DNA of 64,000 bases from contig CAWETI010000003.1 of the NCBI GenBank assembly GCA_963812015.1, positions 1,152,001-1,216,000 on the forward strand. Direction: 5' to 3'. Origin of the DNA: an uncultured delta proteobacterium (GTDB lineage Bacteria; Desulfobacterota; Desulfobaccia; Desulfobaccales; 0-14-0-80-60-11). Each line of letters starts with the position of its first letter. Position 1 is the first letter of the stretch. The position numbers and the translations under genes are program-made. Under the pieces are notes generated by a model. The model saw only the letters and a program-made list of their open reading frames with translations. It was not told the DNA's origin and did no database searches. This document shows, in pieces, positions 10,398 to 20,734 of the stretch.

Positions 10398-10527
10398 GCC
10401 AATCGCGGTGGTGCTTCTCAGGATGTGTGGGTGGTGGCCGGCCCGCCACCTGGACACCCATATTCCCCCACCCCGGCCCCGCGTTCGGATGCTTTCGTGT
10501 GGCTTGGTCGGAAAAGCGATGCAGCAA

Positions 10528-11550
10528 TTATTTCCGGGGCGTTTTTCCAATGAAATTATTCAGAACTTGTTGACTTAACATTTCACCGATTTTCTGATGA
10601 ACCAGAGCTGAAGGGTGCCAATCATATTTACTGGCATGATACTCTTTGACGGTAAATAAAGGCGTTATGGTTGAAGTATCAAAATAGTTAATGCTATCAT
10701 TTATCAAATTATTTATTAGTCCGATATATTTGCTCCCGGGGCTCTCCCCCGAAGGCAAAGTCAAGACCAGGTAGCTATATCCATATTCTTGGGCTATACT
10801 TTTTACTTCCCTGATATATTTATAAGAACCAGCAACCTTTAGTGTAAGTTTTTCGTTAAGGGATTCATCATCTTTGTCGTGCTCCACAATAATTCTGGAC
10901 AAAGTATCACGGATCACATAACTCAAATGAATTTTTCTGAGGATGAGCTTAATGGTGGGAAACCTGTTGATAACTTGAGAAGCGCCAGTATGAGTGTTAT
11001 ACTCCCATTTGTCTACCTGGGGGGTGTGGTCCGGGTCGAAATCACCGATCATGATGCCCATGACCACCAGGTCGGGGTCGATTTCCGGCACCCGGTGCTT
11101 TACGGTGGCGGTCATTTCTTTGACACTATATGATGGAATCGCAAAATTGAATACCGCCACCCGGCAGTGATCTTGCAACTCATTCAAGGACTTTTCCACG
11201 ATTTCCGGATAGGTCGCGCCCGTGGGCACCCCCACTCCAAAAGTGACTGCATTACCCACAAAGGCAATACGATATTCATCCGCCGGCTTGTTGCCATAAG
11301 TTCTGGCCGAGACCGGACTGCGCAAGCCCAGGGCGTCGGTATGAATCCAGATGTTGCCCTGGGCCCGGACCTGCGTCAGGTTTGGTTGCATAACATACGG
11401 AATCTCCGGGATTTTTTTGTAAGGCATATAAATGGGGTCATAAAAATACATTCCGGCATATCCCCACCCTCGCACCAATATTTCCAAACAGACAAAAATT
11501 GCCAAAAGCAAATAAAAAGAATAGAAAAAGACGCTGATAAATTTTCGCAT
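10528..11550 (-). CDS. Membrane-anchored SGNH/GDSL-like protein lacking the block-I serine
   Basis: N-terminal TM ending LEILVR, LGLRS, RIAFVGNAVTFG (GDS position), DWHPS; AT-rich 3' half. Confidence 0.75.
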   Translation of the reverse strand: MRKFISVFFYSFYLLLAIFVCLEILVRGWGYAGMYFYDPIYMPYKKIPEIPYVMQPNLTQVRAQGNIWIHTDALGLRSPVSARTYGNKPADEYRIAFVGNAVTFGVGVPTGATYPEIVEKSLNELQDHCRVAVFNFAIPSYSVKEMTATVKHRVPEIDPDLVVMGIMIGDFDPDHTPQVDKWEYNTHTGASQVINRFPTIKLILRKIHLSYVIRDTLSRIIVEHDKDDESLNEKLTLKVAGSYKYIREVKSIAQEYGYSYLVLTLPSGESPGSKYIGLINNLINDSINYFDTSTITPLFTVKEYHASKYDWHPSALVHQKIGEMLSQQVLNNFIGKTPRK

Positions 11551-11618
11551 GGATTGATCCCTGGAATACCGTTAAAACTCTTCTCCCTTCGCCGTCAACG
11601 ACAACATTTCATATCCAC

Positions 11619-13588
11619 TTACGGTTGGGCCTGGAACTCCATTACCGTCAGGGAATGAGCCCCAAAGGTGTAGGAGAAACTGACCCCGGCGTCGGTGATT
11701 TGGCCGGGCCGCGGCGCCACCGTGGTGGAAAGATTTTCATTATGATCCCTGAGGCAATTGCCGGAAAGCGTCCACACCTGGGCGCCGGTTTGGGGAGTAA
11801 AGCCCTGGAACCGGATGGCAGTGGGAATCCCAGCCGTCAGTGACCGGTTGATCACCATAAGGGAGAGACGCCGTTGCCCCGGGGAACTGAAAGCCACCGC
11901 GTGCAGGAGGGGAACGGCAGAATGGGATTTTACATTGAAGACTCGGTCCACAGCAAAGGTGGGAGAACTGACGCGAGTTTCCACTATGGCAGGCTCCAGA
12001 TGATTCATGATCAGCGCCAGGGCATGGTAATGAGGGCGGATGGTTCTGGTTCCCGTCTTCCAGTTATAGCCTATGGCGGCAGTGGGATTGCTGCCATGGA
12101 GATTCCAGGCCGAGGCCAGGGTGATGCCCAGTTCGGAGCTGGCCTGGATGAGGCCCAGGAGGAGGTCGGCATCGTAGATAGCCCGGCCAAGATTGGCATA
12201 ATCCCGGCAATCTTGGGAAGCCGCCGGCCAGATGCCATACTCCGTGATGGCAATGCCGATGGGTTTTCCGGGCAAGGAGTCGGCCGCAATCACCTTCCTG
12301 ATTTACCGGAGATCGAGCATGGCCTGATGCGCTCCGGCCATCATCGCCATAAACCAGGGTTCACTGCGATAGAGGGCCCGGTCCTGGCCGCCGGCGGGGT
12401 AGTAGGGGTGAATGATGAGGAAATCCAGGTATTCTTTGGCATGCTTGACCACCGTGGGGTTCCAGGCATCCGTCGCATCAGCGTCGCCCCGGCCCTGGGG
12501 GGCCGTCAGGCCCACCGCGCCCACTTGAATCCGGGGATCGACGCCTTTCATCGCCTCGGCAAAAGCGACAAAGTCCCGGGCGTATTGTTGGGCGGCGGTG
12601 AAGCCGATTTCGTTCCGGTCATAGACCTCGTTGCCCACCTCCCAATAGGTCACGCCAAAGGGTTGGGGATATCCCAGGGCCGCCCGCTTCTGGGCCCAGA
12701 AGCCCACGGTCTGCCAATCATGGCCCTCGCCGTCCACCCCCAGGGGCCGGGGGTCATCGGGGTGGCCGTTGACAAAGGCAACCCAGGCGGCGGCCCGTTT
12801 GACTCTTTGGTCGAGGGAAACCCGGGTGGAGAGCTTGCCCGCCATCTCCAGGCCGGTGCTGTAATTCACGGTAAAAAGCGCTTTGGCCTTGAGGGAATGC
12901 ACCAATTTCAGATGCTCGATGGTGCCGTAATTGTTGGAGAACCATGGGGATTGCCCGATTCTCGCTTCCGGGCGCACCGGGGTGCCGGCAGGATGATGGC
13001 TTTGCACCCCGAAGACCCCTTCCAGACGGTTGCCATCCTGGCGGATAAAGTGAAACAGATCGCCGAACTGACCGTCGTGGGTGTCCACCAGCCGGGCTTG
13101 GGTCACGGTTTGCCAGTCGGGGACGCCTTCCAGGGAGATACTGGCGGAGTTGGGGCCCACCGGGGCCGTGGTCTTAAGGCCGATGCCGTCTTCCCAAAGG
13201 TAGAGGTCGGAGGTGCTGCCGCCGGGAAAGCGCACGATGGTGGGAGCGATGGATTTGATCAGGGGACTGGCGGCGGGATCAATAGCGTCGATCCTGGAGC
13301 TCCACAGGGCATTGCCGGCAAAGAGCAGGTTCTGCCCGAACAGCAGCGGGTTGACGGTATTGTTGGTGACCGCCCATTCACCACAATCCTGGCTTCCTCA
13401 GCCTGGGAACAAGCCGGGGTCCCGCTCGCCAGGATCAACGCGCCAAGGAGCAGCAAGCAACGGCAGACGCAATCAAACCGGCCCCGCCGCCGGGGGGAGA
13501 GGATGAAAGTTGGGTTTCCGGCCGTCGGCTTGGCCGCCCTCCCGGTCAACTCCGACCATTCCCTGGCAGCCTGGCGGAGAGGGGTCAC
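11619..13588 (-). pseudogene. Disrupted GH51-like (clan GH-A) secreted glycoside hydrolase
   Basis: NPLLFGQN, RFPGG, YWEVGNE, ITEYG, C-terminal beta-sandwich; frameshift near 13370 and in-frame TAA at 12305-12303. Confidence 0.8.
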
Positions 13589-14778
13589 ACCCGTCCTCTT
13601 TGGCGGCTTTCCCAGGCCAGGTGCAGGACCTGAGCCAGGTGCGCCCCCTGGATCTCCCAGGTCCAGTGGTGGAGGATAGTCTGCCGGGCCCTGGCGCCCA
13701 GTCGGCGCCGCAATTCTTCATCGGCGATCAATTCCAGGAGCTTATTGAACATGGTCTGGTGATCTCCCGGCTCATACAGCATGCCATTGCAGCCGTCGCA
13801 GACGACTTCCTTGATCTGCCCCAGGGCCGGGAAGAGGACGGCTTTGCCGGCCGCCATATATTCCAGTAATTTCATGGAGGAGCCGTAGAAGAGGTAATCT
13901 TCTTTGTAAGGGCTGATGGCAATGTCTACGAGACTGAGGAGGCGGGGGACGAGATGGTGGGGCATGCTGCCGGTAAACCTGAAATGGGGGCCGAGGCCGG
14001 CAGATTCCGCCCCCCATCGGATGGCGTCGTCCACCCGGCCTTGGCCCACGAAGAGAAAGACCACCCGGTTATGAGCTGCGACGATGCCGGCGGTCAGGTT
14101 GAGAAAGCGCTCCACTTCGCTGAAAAATTCGAAAGAGCCGATGAAGCCGACCACCACCCGGTCATTGAGGCCCAAACTCGCCAAAAATTCCGGGTCAGGC
14201 TCCCGGGGCTTAAAGGCAAGGTGATCCACGCCGTTGGGCACGACATGGAGTTTGGCTGCCGGAACCTCATAGCGCATCAAGTAGCCTTTCAAAACCTCCG
14301 AGATGCAGGTTACCTGGTCGGCCCCCCGCACATTGATGCCCTCCAGCCCGCGGCTCAGCCAGGGGTAGCGGTAGTATTGGGGATAGAAGAGGCGATATTC
14401 ATACTCCAGCGGCGCCTCGGCGAACAGGACCAGGGGCAGGCGCCGGCGACGGGTGGCCGCCAAAGCCGAGAAGTTGGCAAAAGAGCTCACCGCCAGCACC
14501 ACGTCGGGGCGGAAACTATCCAGCAGCTTCAGTTCCTCCCGGATAAGGGCAAGATTACGCCAAATCAGACGGGGGACATGCCCGAAACGGCGCAACCACC
14601 GGACCTTTTTTAGGCCAAGGTAATTTCGGTGCTCTCCCGGCTGCTTGGCGGTGCGAAACTGCACATCCACCCGGTGGCCGAGCTGGGTCAGCGCCGCGGC
14701 GATGGCCCGAATCTGGGTGGCTGCGCCGATGGCCGAACCTTCGAGGTCGTAATGGTAGTTAAAGTAGGAGACTTTCAT
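13585..14778 (-). CDS. GT4 glycosyltransferase
   Basis: VVPNGVD, VGFIGS, MKLLEYMAAGKAV; start overlaps the upstream stop (TGATG). Confidence 0.9.
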   Translation of the reverse strand: MKVSYFNYHYDLEGSAIGAATQIRAIAAALTQLGHRVDVQFRTAKQPGEHRNYLGLKKVRWLRRFGHVPRLIWRNLALIREELKLLDSFRPDVVLAVSSFANFSALAATRRRRLPLVLFAEAPLEYEYRLFYPQYYRYPWLSRGLEGINVRGADQVTCISEVLKGYLMRYEVPAAKLHVVPNGVDHLAFKPREPDPEFLASLGLNDRVVVGFIGSFEFFSEVERFLNLTAGIVAAHNRVVFLFVGQGRVDDAIRWGAESAGLGPHFRFTGSMPHHLVPRLLSLVDIAISPYKEDYLFYGSSMKLLEYMAAGKAVLFPALGQIKEVVCDGCNGMLYEPGDHQTMFNKLLELIADEELRRRLGARARQTILHHWTWEIQGAHLAQVLHLAWESRQRGRV

Positions 14779-15557
14779 CAGCCGGTCGATGGTTCCCGCT
14801 GGGATTGGGGTCGGCGCGTTCGCCCCCAGAGGCACTGGGCCAGGACCCGCAAGCCAAAGAGGGGCAGACCCACCAGGTAGCGCCGCCAGGTGCCGGGCTC
14901 CTGCCACAGGCGATACAGCCACTCAAACCCTTTCTGTCGCCAGCGGGGGGAAAGACGCGCCAGTTCGCCGCTGATGATTTTGAACATGCCGCCGCAGGTC
15001 AGGACCAGGTTCACCTCCAACCGGTGCCGGCAGGTGGAGGCCCAGAGGACCTGACGGGGGTCTCCCATCCCCACCCAGAGAATGTCAGGGCGGGTGGCGT
15101 TGATCTCGGCAATCAGATGCTCATCCTGAAAATCAAAGTATCCATGATGAGTGCCGACCACGTTTAAACCATGATATTGGCGCTGGGCCTGACTGGCGGC
15201 CCGTTCCGCCAGGCCGGGCTCCCCACCCAGGAGGAAGAACCGATACCCCCGGGCCACGGCCGCCTCGCACAATCGGGGCCAGATGTCGGTGGTAGTCAGC
15301 TTTTCCGGCAGATGGCCTCCCAGAAACCGGGAGGCCAGGACCAGGGAGGCGCCGTCGGCGTACAACAGGTCGGCCTGGCGCAAGGCTTTGAGAAACTCGG
15401 GGTAATGGTAACTGAGGTTGATGACATGGGCATTGACGCCATACGCCACCGCGCAGCCCGGGGCTGCGATCAATGCCTCGATCCGGGCCAGCAAGGTGTC
15501 CATGGTGTAGATGCCCACGGGCACTCCGGTGATATTGATGGTTTCTTCGGCCTTCAC
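14778..15557 (-). CDS. WecB/TagA/CpsF-family glycosyltransferase (GT26)
   Basis: ADGAS, FFLLGG, GTHHGYF, LWVGMGDPRQ, GFEWLYRLWQEP; GTG start after GGGAG. Confidence 0.9.
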   Translation of the reverse strand: MKAEETINITGVPVGIYTMDTLLARIEALIAAPGCAVAYGVNAHVINLSYHYPEFLKALRQADLLYADGASLVLASRFLGGHLPEKLTTTDIWPRLCEAAVARGYRFFLLGGEPGLAERAASQAQRQYHGLNVVGTHHGYFDFQDEHLIAEINATRPDILWVGMGDPRQVLWASTCRHRLEVNLVLTCGGMFKIISGELARLSPRWRQKGFEWLYRLWQEPGTWRRYLVGLPLFGLRVLAQCLWGRTRRPQSQREPSTG

Positions 15558-15559
15558 GC

Positions 15560-16435
15560 TCAATTCTCCCCCGCTGGCAGACGATTGCCGTGGGTGAGCC
15601 GGTAGAGTTGCTCCCGTCGCAGGTACTTTATCAGCTCCGGATCGGTGAGGCGCTGGATGTCCGGATTGAAGTAACTGATAAAAAAACCCCAGATGAAGGC
15701 TAATCCCCCCACAAGCCAGGGCCGTTCGGCCATGCGATAGATGCCCCGGGCGATGGCAAAGAGGGGGTGGCTGCCGATGGCATAAGCGCACCGACCCCAG
15801 ATAATCCGCCCCTGGAGAGCGCCGAAGCTGGATCCTTGCATCCGGTGATGAATGAACACGATCCGGGTATCGCTGAGGGTGAGCCAGCCATGGCGGCGGG
15901 CGTCGGTTTCATCGATGACGTCCCAGCCGTAGACCGGTTGCAGGCCACCGATGGCGCGGAAGCAGTCCCGGCGGTAAAATTTGGCATTGCCTGGAACGTG
16001 GTAGGAGGTATAGCGTTCGGATACGAGCTTGCCTTGCACCAGCAGCCAAGAAGTACCGCTGGCCATGCCCACCCTGGGATCGTCAAAGTGAGCCATGATG
16101 CCCGCGAAGATTGCAGGGCCAAACTCTATATCGCAATCCAGCTTGGCGATGACGTCGAAGGGTTCATCTCCCAGATAAGCCAGGCCGGCGTTAAAGGCGT
16201 TGACCACCCCGGGGCCCAGTTGCCGGGGGCCGTCCCGCCGGCGCCGGACAAGCCTGATCCAGGGGTGCGCAATGGTGTAGTCCGCGACGATCTCCGCGGT
16301 CCGGTCCCGGCTGCCGTCGTCGACGATGATCCAGAGGTCGGGACGGTAGGTCTGTTTGACGACGGAGTCCAGGGTAAACCGCACAAACTGCTCTTCATCG
16401 CGACAGGGACTGATAATTACCAGGCGGGGCTTCAT
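15560..16435 (-). CDS. GT2 glycosyltransferase
   Basis: ISPCRDEE, IVDDGSRDRT, KLDCD, GWD. Confidence 0.9.
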   Translation of the reverse strand: MKPRLVIISPCRDEEQFVRFTLDSVVKQTYRPDLWIIVDDGSRDRTAEIVADYTIAHPWIRLVRRRRDGPRQLGPGVVNAFNAGLAYLGDEPFDVIAKLDCDIEFGPAIFAGIMAHFDDPRVGMASGTSWLLVQGKLVSERYTSYHVPGNAKFYRRDCFRAIGGLQPVYGWDVIDETDARRHGWLTLSDTRIVFIHHRMQGSSFGALQGRIIWGRCAYAIGSHPLFAIARGIYRMAERPWLVGGLAFIWGFFISYFNPDIQRLTDPELIKYLRREQLYRLTHGNRLPAGEN

Positions 16436-18333
16436 GACGGCCCCTCCCCCCGGCCGCGCACCCGCCGCCACCAGATGGCAAACACCAGCAAGGCCCAAAG
16501 CTGCCGGCCAAAATCCCGCCGGCCGCGTATATGGGCGTCGGCCATTTCCTGGACCGTGGCCAGGTTGAAGTACCCCGTGGCGGCCAGGGTTTCCATCAGG
16601 CGATGTTCCCGGGCGTAGTCCACCAAATGCTGCTGGAGCCAGAATTCCACGGGAGGATTAAAACCCCGTTTCGGCCGGTTCAGAATCGTCGGGGGCAGCC
16701 AGGGTGCCAGCGCCTCCCGGAGCAGGTATTTGGTGTGCATCCCCTTTACCTTGAGGTCGATGGGGACGGAAAGGGCAAATTCCACCAGGGTGTGGTCCAG
16801 CAAAGGCACCCGGACTTCCAGGGAACAGGCCATGCTCATGCGGTCCACCTTGACCAGCAGGCTATCCGGCAGAAAGACCGAGAGGTCGGCCAGATTGGCC
16901 TGGGCGATGGGGTCGAGCTCCGGATAGGCTGCGGGGATGGCCCAGAAGTGGGAGAGATAAGGGAGGTGGGCAACCTGGCGCTGAAAATCCGATGAAAACA
17001 GGCGCTCTTGCTCCTGGGGGGTGAAAAACGCCACCTTGCGGGTATATCCCTCGAACAGCGGAAAGACCGAGGTTGCGGCGATGCGCTCCAGCCGGTGTTC
17101 CAGGTAACCCAGGCGGGGAGAGCCTCCGGTGGGCAGATGCCGGGTGGCCGCCGCCAGGCCGAGGCGGCACCACAGGGGCAGCACGCTCAACCACCGGTTC
17201 ATTTGCATGCCTTGATAGTGGGTGTAGCCCCCAAAGAGTTCGTCGCCTCCCTCGCCGCTCAAGGCCACGGTGACCTGTCGCCGGGTGGCTTGGGAGAGGA
17301 GATAGGTGGGGATGATGGTGGCGTCGGCCAGGGGTTCGTCCAGGTGCCACAGGAGTTTGGGCAGCAGCTCGGTGGCTTCAGCAAAAATCCGAAAGGTTTC
17401 ATGCCTGGTGCCCAGGTGCCGGCTGACCAGTCGAGCGAAACGGGTCTCGTCATACTTGGGCACCTCGAAACCCACGTTAAAGGTGGGAATTTCCTTGCGG
17501 CCCAAGCGGGCCATGGCGGCGGTGACCGCGCTGGAATCAAGTCCGCCGGAGAGAAAGACCCCCAGGGGCACATCCGCCACCAGTTGGAGGCGCACCGCTT
17601 CTTGGAGGCGCTGGCGCAGTTCCTGGCACCAATCCTCCAGAGTGCGCTGGGGGCCTAACGTTACCGCCGGGCGCCAGTAGGTCCGGGTCTTGATCTCACC
17701 GTCGGCCACGGTGAGCACCTCGCCAGGCGCAAGCTTTTGGATATTTTGATAAATGGTGCCCGAACCCGGGATGAAATGGTGGGAGAAGTATTCAAACACG
17801 CCCTGATCGCTCACCCTTGGATCAAAACCGGGGAGCAGAAGGAGGCTCTTGATTTCCGAGGCAAAGGCCAGGGTGTCGGCCATCCGGGTGTAGAAGAGGG
17901 GTTTGATCCCCAGGCGGTCCCGGGCCAGGAGGAGCTTGCGCCGGCGACTGTCCCAGATGGCAAAGGCGAACATGCCGTTTAAGTGGTGCACCACGTCATC
18001 GCCCCAGGCTTCGAACCCGTGGACGATGACCTCGGTGTCGGAGGAGGTGCGAAAGGTATGGCCCTGTTGCCGGAGATCAGCCCGGAGCTTCAAGAAGTTA
18101 TAGATCTCGCCGTTGAAGACCACCGTCACCGTCTGGTCTTCGTTGGACATGGGCTGGCGCCCGCCGGTCAGATCGATGATGCTCAGGCGCCGGAATCCTA
18201 ATCCCAGGCCGTTTTCCTCAAAGAAGCCCTCATCATCGGGCCCGCGGTGGCGCAATACCGCGGTCATGCGCCGCAACAACCCCGGATCGACGGGGGCTTT
18301 ATTTAATTGCAAAATGCCGCAAATGCCGCACAT
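16432..18333 (-). CDS. asnB: Asparagine synthase (glutamine-hydrolysing)-family amidotransferase, probably acting on the polysaccharide
   Basis: MCGICG, HRGPD, RLSIID, FNGEIYN, LSGGLDSS, SGEGGDELFGGY, KVDRMSM..SLEVRVP. Confidence 0.93.
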   Translation of the reverse strand: MCGICGILQLNKAPVDPGLLRRMTAVLRHRGPDDEGFFEENGLGLGFRRLSIIDLTGGRQPMSNEDQTVTVVFNGEIYNFLKLRADLRQQGHTFRTSSDTEVIVHGFEAWGDDVVHHLNGMFAFAIWDSRRRKLLLARDRLGIKPLFYTRMADTLAFASEIKSLLLLPGFDPRVSDQGVFEYFSHHFIPGSGTIYQNIQKLAPGEVLTVADGEIKTRTYWRPAVTLGPQRTLEDWCQELRQRLQEAVRLQLVADVPLGVFLSGGLDSSAVTAAMARLGRKEIPTFNVGFEVPKYDETRFARLVSRHLGTRHETFRIFAEATELLPKLLWHLDEPLADATIIPTYLLSQATRRQVTVALSGEGGDELFGGYTHYQGMQMNRWLSVLPLWCRLGLAAATRHLPTGGSPRLGYLEHRLERIAATSVFPLFEGYTRKVAFFTPQEQERLFSSDFQRQVAHLPYLSHFWAIPAAYPELDPIAQANLADLSVFLPDSLLVKVDRMSMACSLEVRVPLLDHTLVEFALSVPIDLKVKGMHTKYLLREALAPWLPPTILNRPKRGFNPPVEFWLQQHLVDYAREHRLMETLAATGYFNLATVQEMADAHIRGRRDFGRQLWALLVFAIWWRRVRGRGEGPS

Positions 18334-19576
18334 AATTTTTTTTCTGATGGGCCTCGATGGCGGCCTCAAACAGGCCGCGCAGTTGTCGGGCGCTGGTCTC
18401 GCCGTTGAATTGGGCCACCACCCGGTCGCGTCCGGCCCGGGCCAGGCGCCGGGCCATATTCTGATCCCGGAGCACTCGCGCCAGGGCCTCGGCCAGGGCG
18501 GGGGCATCGTCCGGGGCTATCAGCAAACCCGTCTCGCCATCCACCACCAGCTCAGGGATTCCAGAAACCCGGGTGGCCACCACCGGGATTTCCATGGCCA
18601 TGGCTTCGGTCAACACATTGGGAAGACCGTCGGCATCCTGGTTGCGGACACAGGAAGGCATGGCCAGCACGTCGGCCCGCCGGAAATAAGGCATCAAGGC
18701 CGCCGGTTGGAGTTTCCCCTTGAGTATTACTCGGTCAGAAACCCCCAAAGCATTAACCAGATGCCTGAGGCGGCCGGCTTCGGGACCATCCCCGATGATG
18801 AGACATCGGCAAGCCAGGCCCTGGTCGCGCAGCCGGGCACAGGCTTCCACCAGGACGTGAAACCCCTTGGTTTCCACCAGGCGGCCCACTGCGATAATGC
18901 AGGGGGGTATCCCCTGGGGATGGGGATGGGGGCAAAATCTGGCGGTATCCAGACCGCTCCTGACCACCTCCAGATGCTCCAGGTGGGCTTTGGGATAATG
19001 TTCTTCGAGGTAACGGCGGTTGTATCGGCTTTCGCAGGCGACAAACGCCGCCGCGGCCAGCTTGGCCGGCAGCAACAGCTTGTCGATGAAGATGTCATAA
19101 GCGTGGGCGGTGAAACTGAAGGAGATGCCGGCGAGGGCGGCGGCCATCAGCGCCACGCTGGCCGGGGCGTTGGCAAAATGGGCGTGGAGATGTTGGATGC
19201 CGGCCCGGCGCAGGCGCCAGGCGGCAAAGGGGGCCACCATAAAGTAAGACAGACAGCGGCCGCGAGCCCGCCAAGGCTCGTCGGCGGCGAGGACGTAAGC
19301 GCCGAGGCAGTGAAAGTAGCGCCCGGGAAACCGCAGGGCGAACCACAGGTGGGTCAGCCAGAATAGGGGATTTTTGGGTTGAATGAGGACTTCCACTTCC
19401 CGGGCCAGATCAGGAGCCTCCGGATGGCATACCCCGGCCTCCGGAGGATGGAGGCTGAAGACTTTAACATCGAGTCCCAGTTGACGTAGCGCCACGATCT
19501 CCCGCACCACGAAGGTCTCGGAAATCACCGGGAGAATCCGGCCGAGATACGCCAGGCGATAGGGGCTGCGCCTCAT
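18299..19576 (-). CDS. GT4 glycosyltransferase (WcaL-like)
   Basis: SETFVVRE, HLHAHFA, FTAHAYDI, VGRLVETKG, DGLPNVLTEAMA. Confidence 0.9.
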   Translation of the reverse strand: MRRSPYRLAYLGRILPVISETFVVREIVALRQLGLDVKVFSLHPPEAGVCHPEAPDLAREVEVLIQPKNPLFWLTHLWFALRFPGRYFHCLGAYVLAADEPWRARGRCLSYFMVAPFAAWRLRRAGIQHLHAHFANAPASVALMAAALAGISFSFTAHAYDIFIDKLLLPAKLAAAAFVACESRYNRRYLEEHYPKAHLEHLEVVRSGLDTARFCPHPHPQGIPPCIIAVGRLVETKGFHVLVEACARLRDQGLACRCLIIGDGPEAGRLRHLVNALGVSDRVILKGKLQPAALMPYFRRADVLAMPSCVRNQDADGLPNVLTEAMAMEIPVVATRVSGIPELVVDGETGLLIAPDDAPALAEALARVLRDQNMARRLARAGRDRVVAQFNGETSARQLRGLFEAAIEAHQKKNYVRHLRHFAIK

Positions 19577-19953
19577 GAGCCGGGCCGCCGGTGGCAGGGC
19601 GCCGGGCCGAGCCCCGTGGCTGAGGCGGCGCGCTGGTGGTCGCAGGCCCGGGCCGGCTTCAAGGGATCTTGCCGCACCATGTTCATGGCTCATTAATCGG
19701 CTCGCCGGGGCAAAAAATTAAAATTTTTCTTAGGGAAATTCCGGTTGGATTTATTTATTTTTGGCAAAATCCCGATGCCAAAGAGAGGGGGGGTGGGGCG
19801 GCCCCCCATGAGGCCGGCATCGCCTGAAGGAGCTCATGATGGTCAAGGCAATTATCGATAAGCTCATTATTAGTTTTGGCTTTGCCGCACCGGTCAGCGT
19901 AAAATATTGTTGATGGGTGCAGCTCAAGAAAGTGGGAGAGGAACGGCGCGGTC

Positions 19954-20421
19954 ATGGTTAACCGCCAGCGGGTCCGGCCCCTGAATCAGGCTCGCCCCGG
20001 CCCGGGGCCGGTGGTTTACTGGATGAGCCGGGACCAGCGGGTCCGGGCCGTGGTGAGCGATTTTTCGCCCCTGCGCCTGATGCGGGGCTGGAAGACCGCG
20101 GTGGCGGAGAAGATTGGAGTTGCCCTGGAGGAAGTGGACGCCCACAACCTGGTGCCATGCTGGGCGGCCTCCCCCAAGGCGGAATACGGCGCCTACACCT
20201 TGAGGCCCAAGCTGAAGCGGCTACTGCCGGAGTTTCTGGAGGATTTTCCGCCGCTCTCGCCTCACCCGGTGGTCTCGCAGCAGGAGAGACCGGAAATTGC
20301 CTGGGAGAAACTCCCCGCCACCCTGGATATAGATGCCACCGTGCCGGAAGTGACCTGGCTCGCGCCGGGAGAGCGCCAGGCCCGGGCCCACCTGCGTCCT
20401 TCTCCAGATCAGAGTGGATAA
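19954..20421 (+). pseudogene. Class II CPD photolyase remnant (internal deletion, C-terminal domain absent)
   Basis: GPVVYWMSRDQRV joined directly to VVSDFSPLR, EVDAHNLVPCW, EYGAYTLRPKL; ends near PGERQARAHL. Confidence 0.82.
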
Positions 20422-20541
20422 GTACATCGTGGTGACCCGGTTCCAAGAGGTCAGGGAGCTCCAGATACCTTGATGAACCCGGTTCGGTCGCCCCGAGGTC
20501 GCCTGGCTCCGATGTCCTGCCCCGGAGGCGCCCCGGTCTGC

Positions 20542-20569
20542 TTGACAACGGCAATCATTGGTCTATGAT
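20542..20569 (+). promoter_or_regulatory. Sigma70-like promoter
   Basis: TTGACA-N16-TATGAT upstream of the lipoprotein gene. Confidence 0.5.
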
Positions 20570-20734
20570 TAACCACCGCTTTTTGCCGGCATGGGGGGTT
20601 AAAAAGGGAGAAATCCCGGATTGGCGGTGGCGTAGTTGGCCCCCTTACAGGTATGGCGCGGTCGTTTTTCTGGCTGAAGCCTGGCCCCGGTTACGGGAAG
20701 CCGGGGAAAAAAGGCTGAGATTAAGAAGGAGGAC

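Noticed and set aside
12303..12305. Stop-codon recoding (Sec/Pyl) at the in-frame stops at 12305, 35836 and 40911
   Set aside because: Two are TAA; all three genes also carry frameshifts or truncations, so decay is the simpler explanation.
11874..13679. 601-aa plus-strand ORF
   Set aside because: Antisense shadow of the GC-rich glycoside hydrolase; no motifs. The same applies to 1673-3004, 18113-19366, 22071-23276, 27032-28306 and 32439-33524.
16432..18333. asnB-like gene as a lasso cyclase
   Set aside because: Intact N-terminal glutaminase Cys and flanking glycosyltransferases indicate polysaccharide amidation; no lasso B protein or precursor is present.
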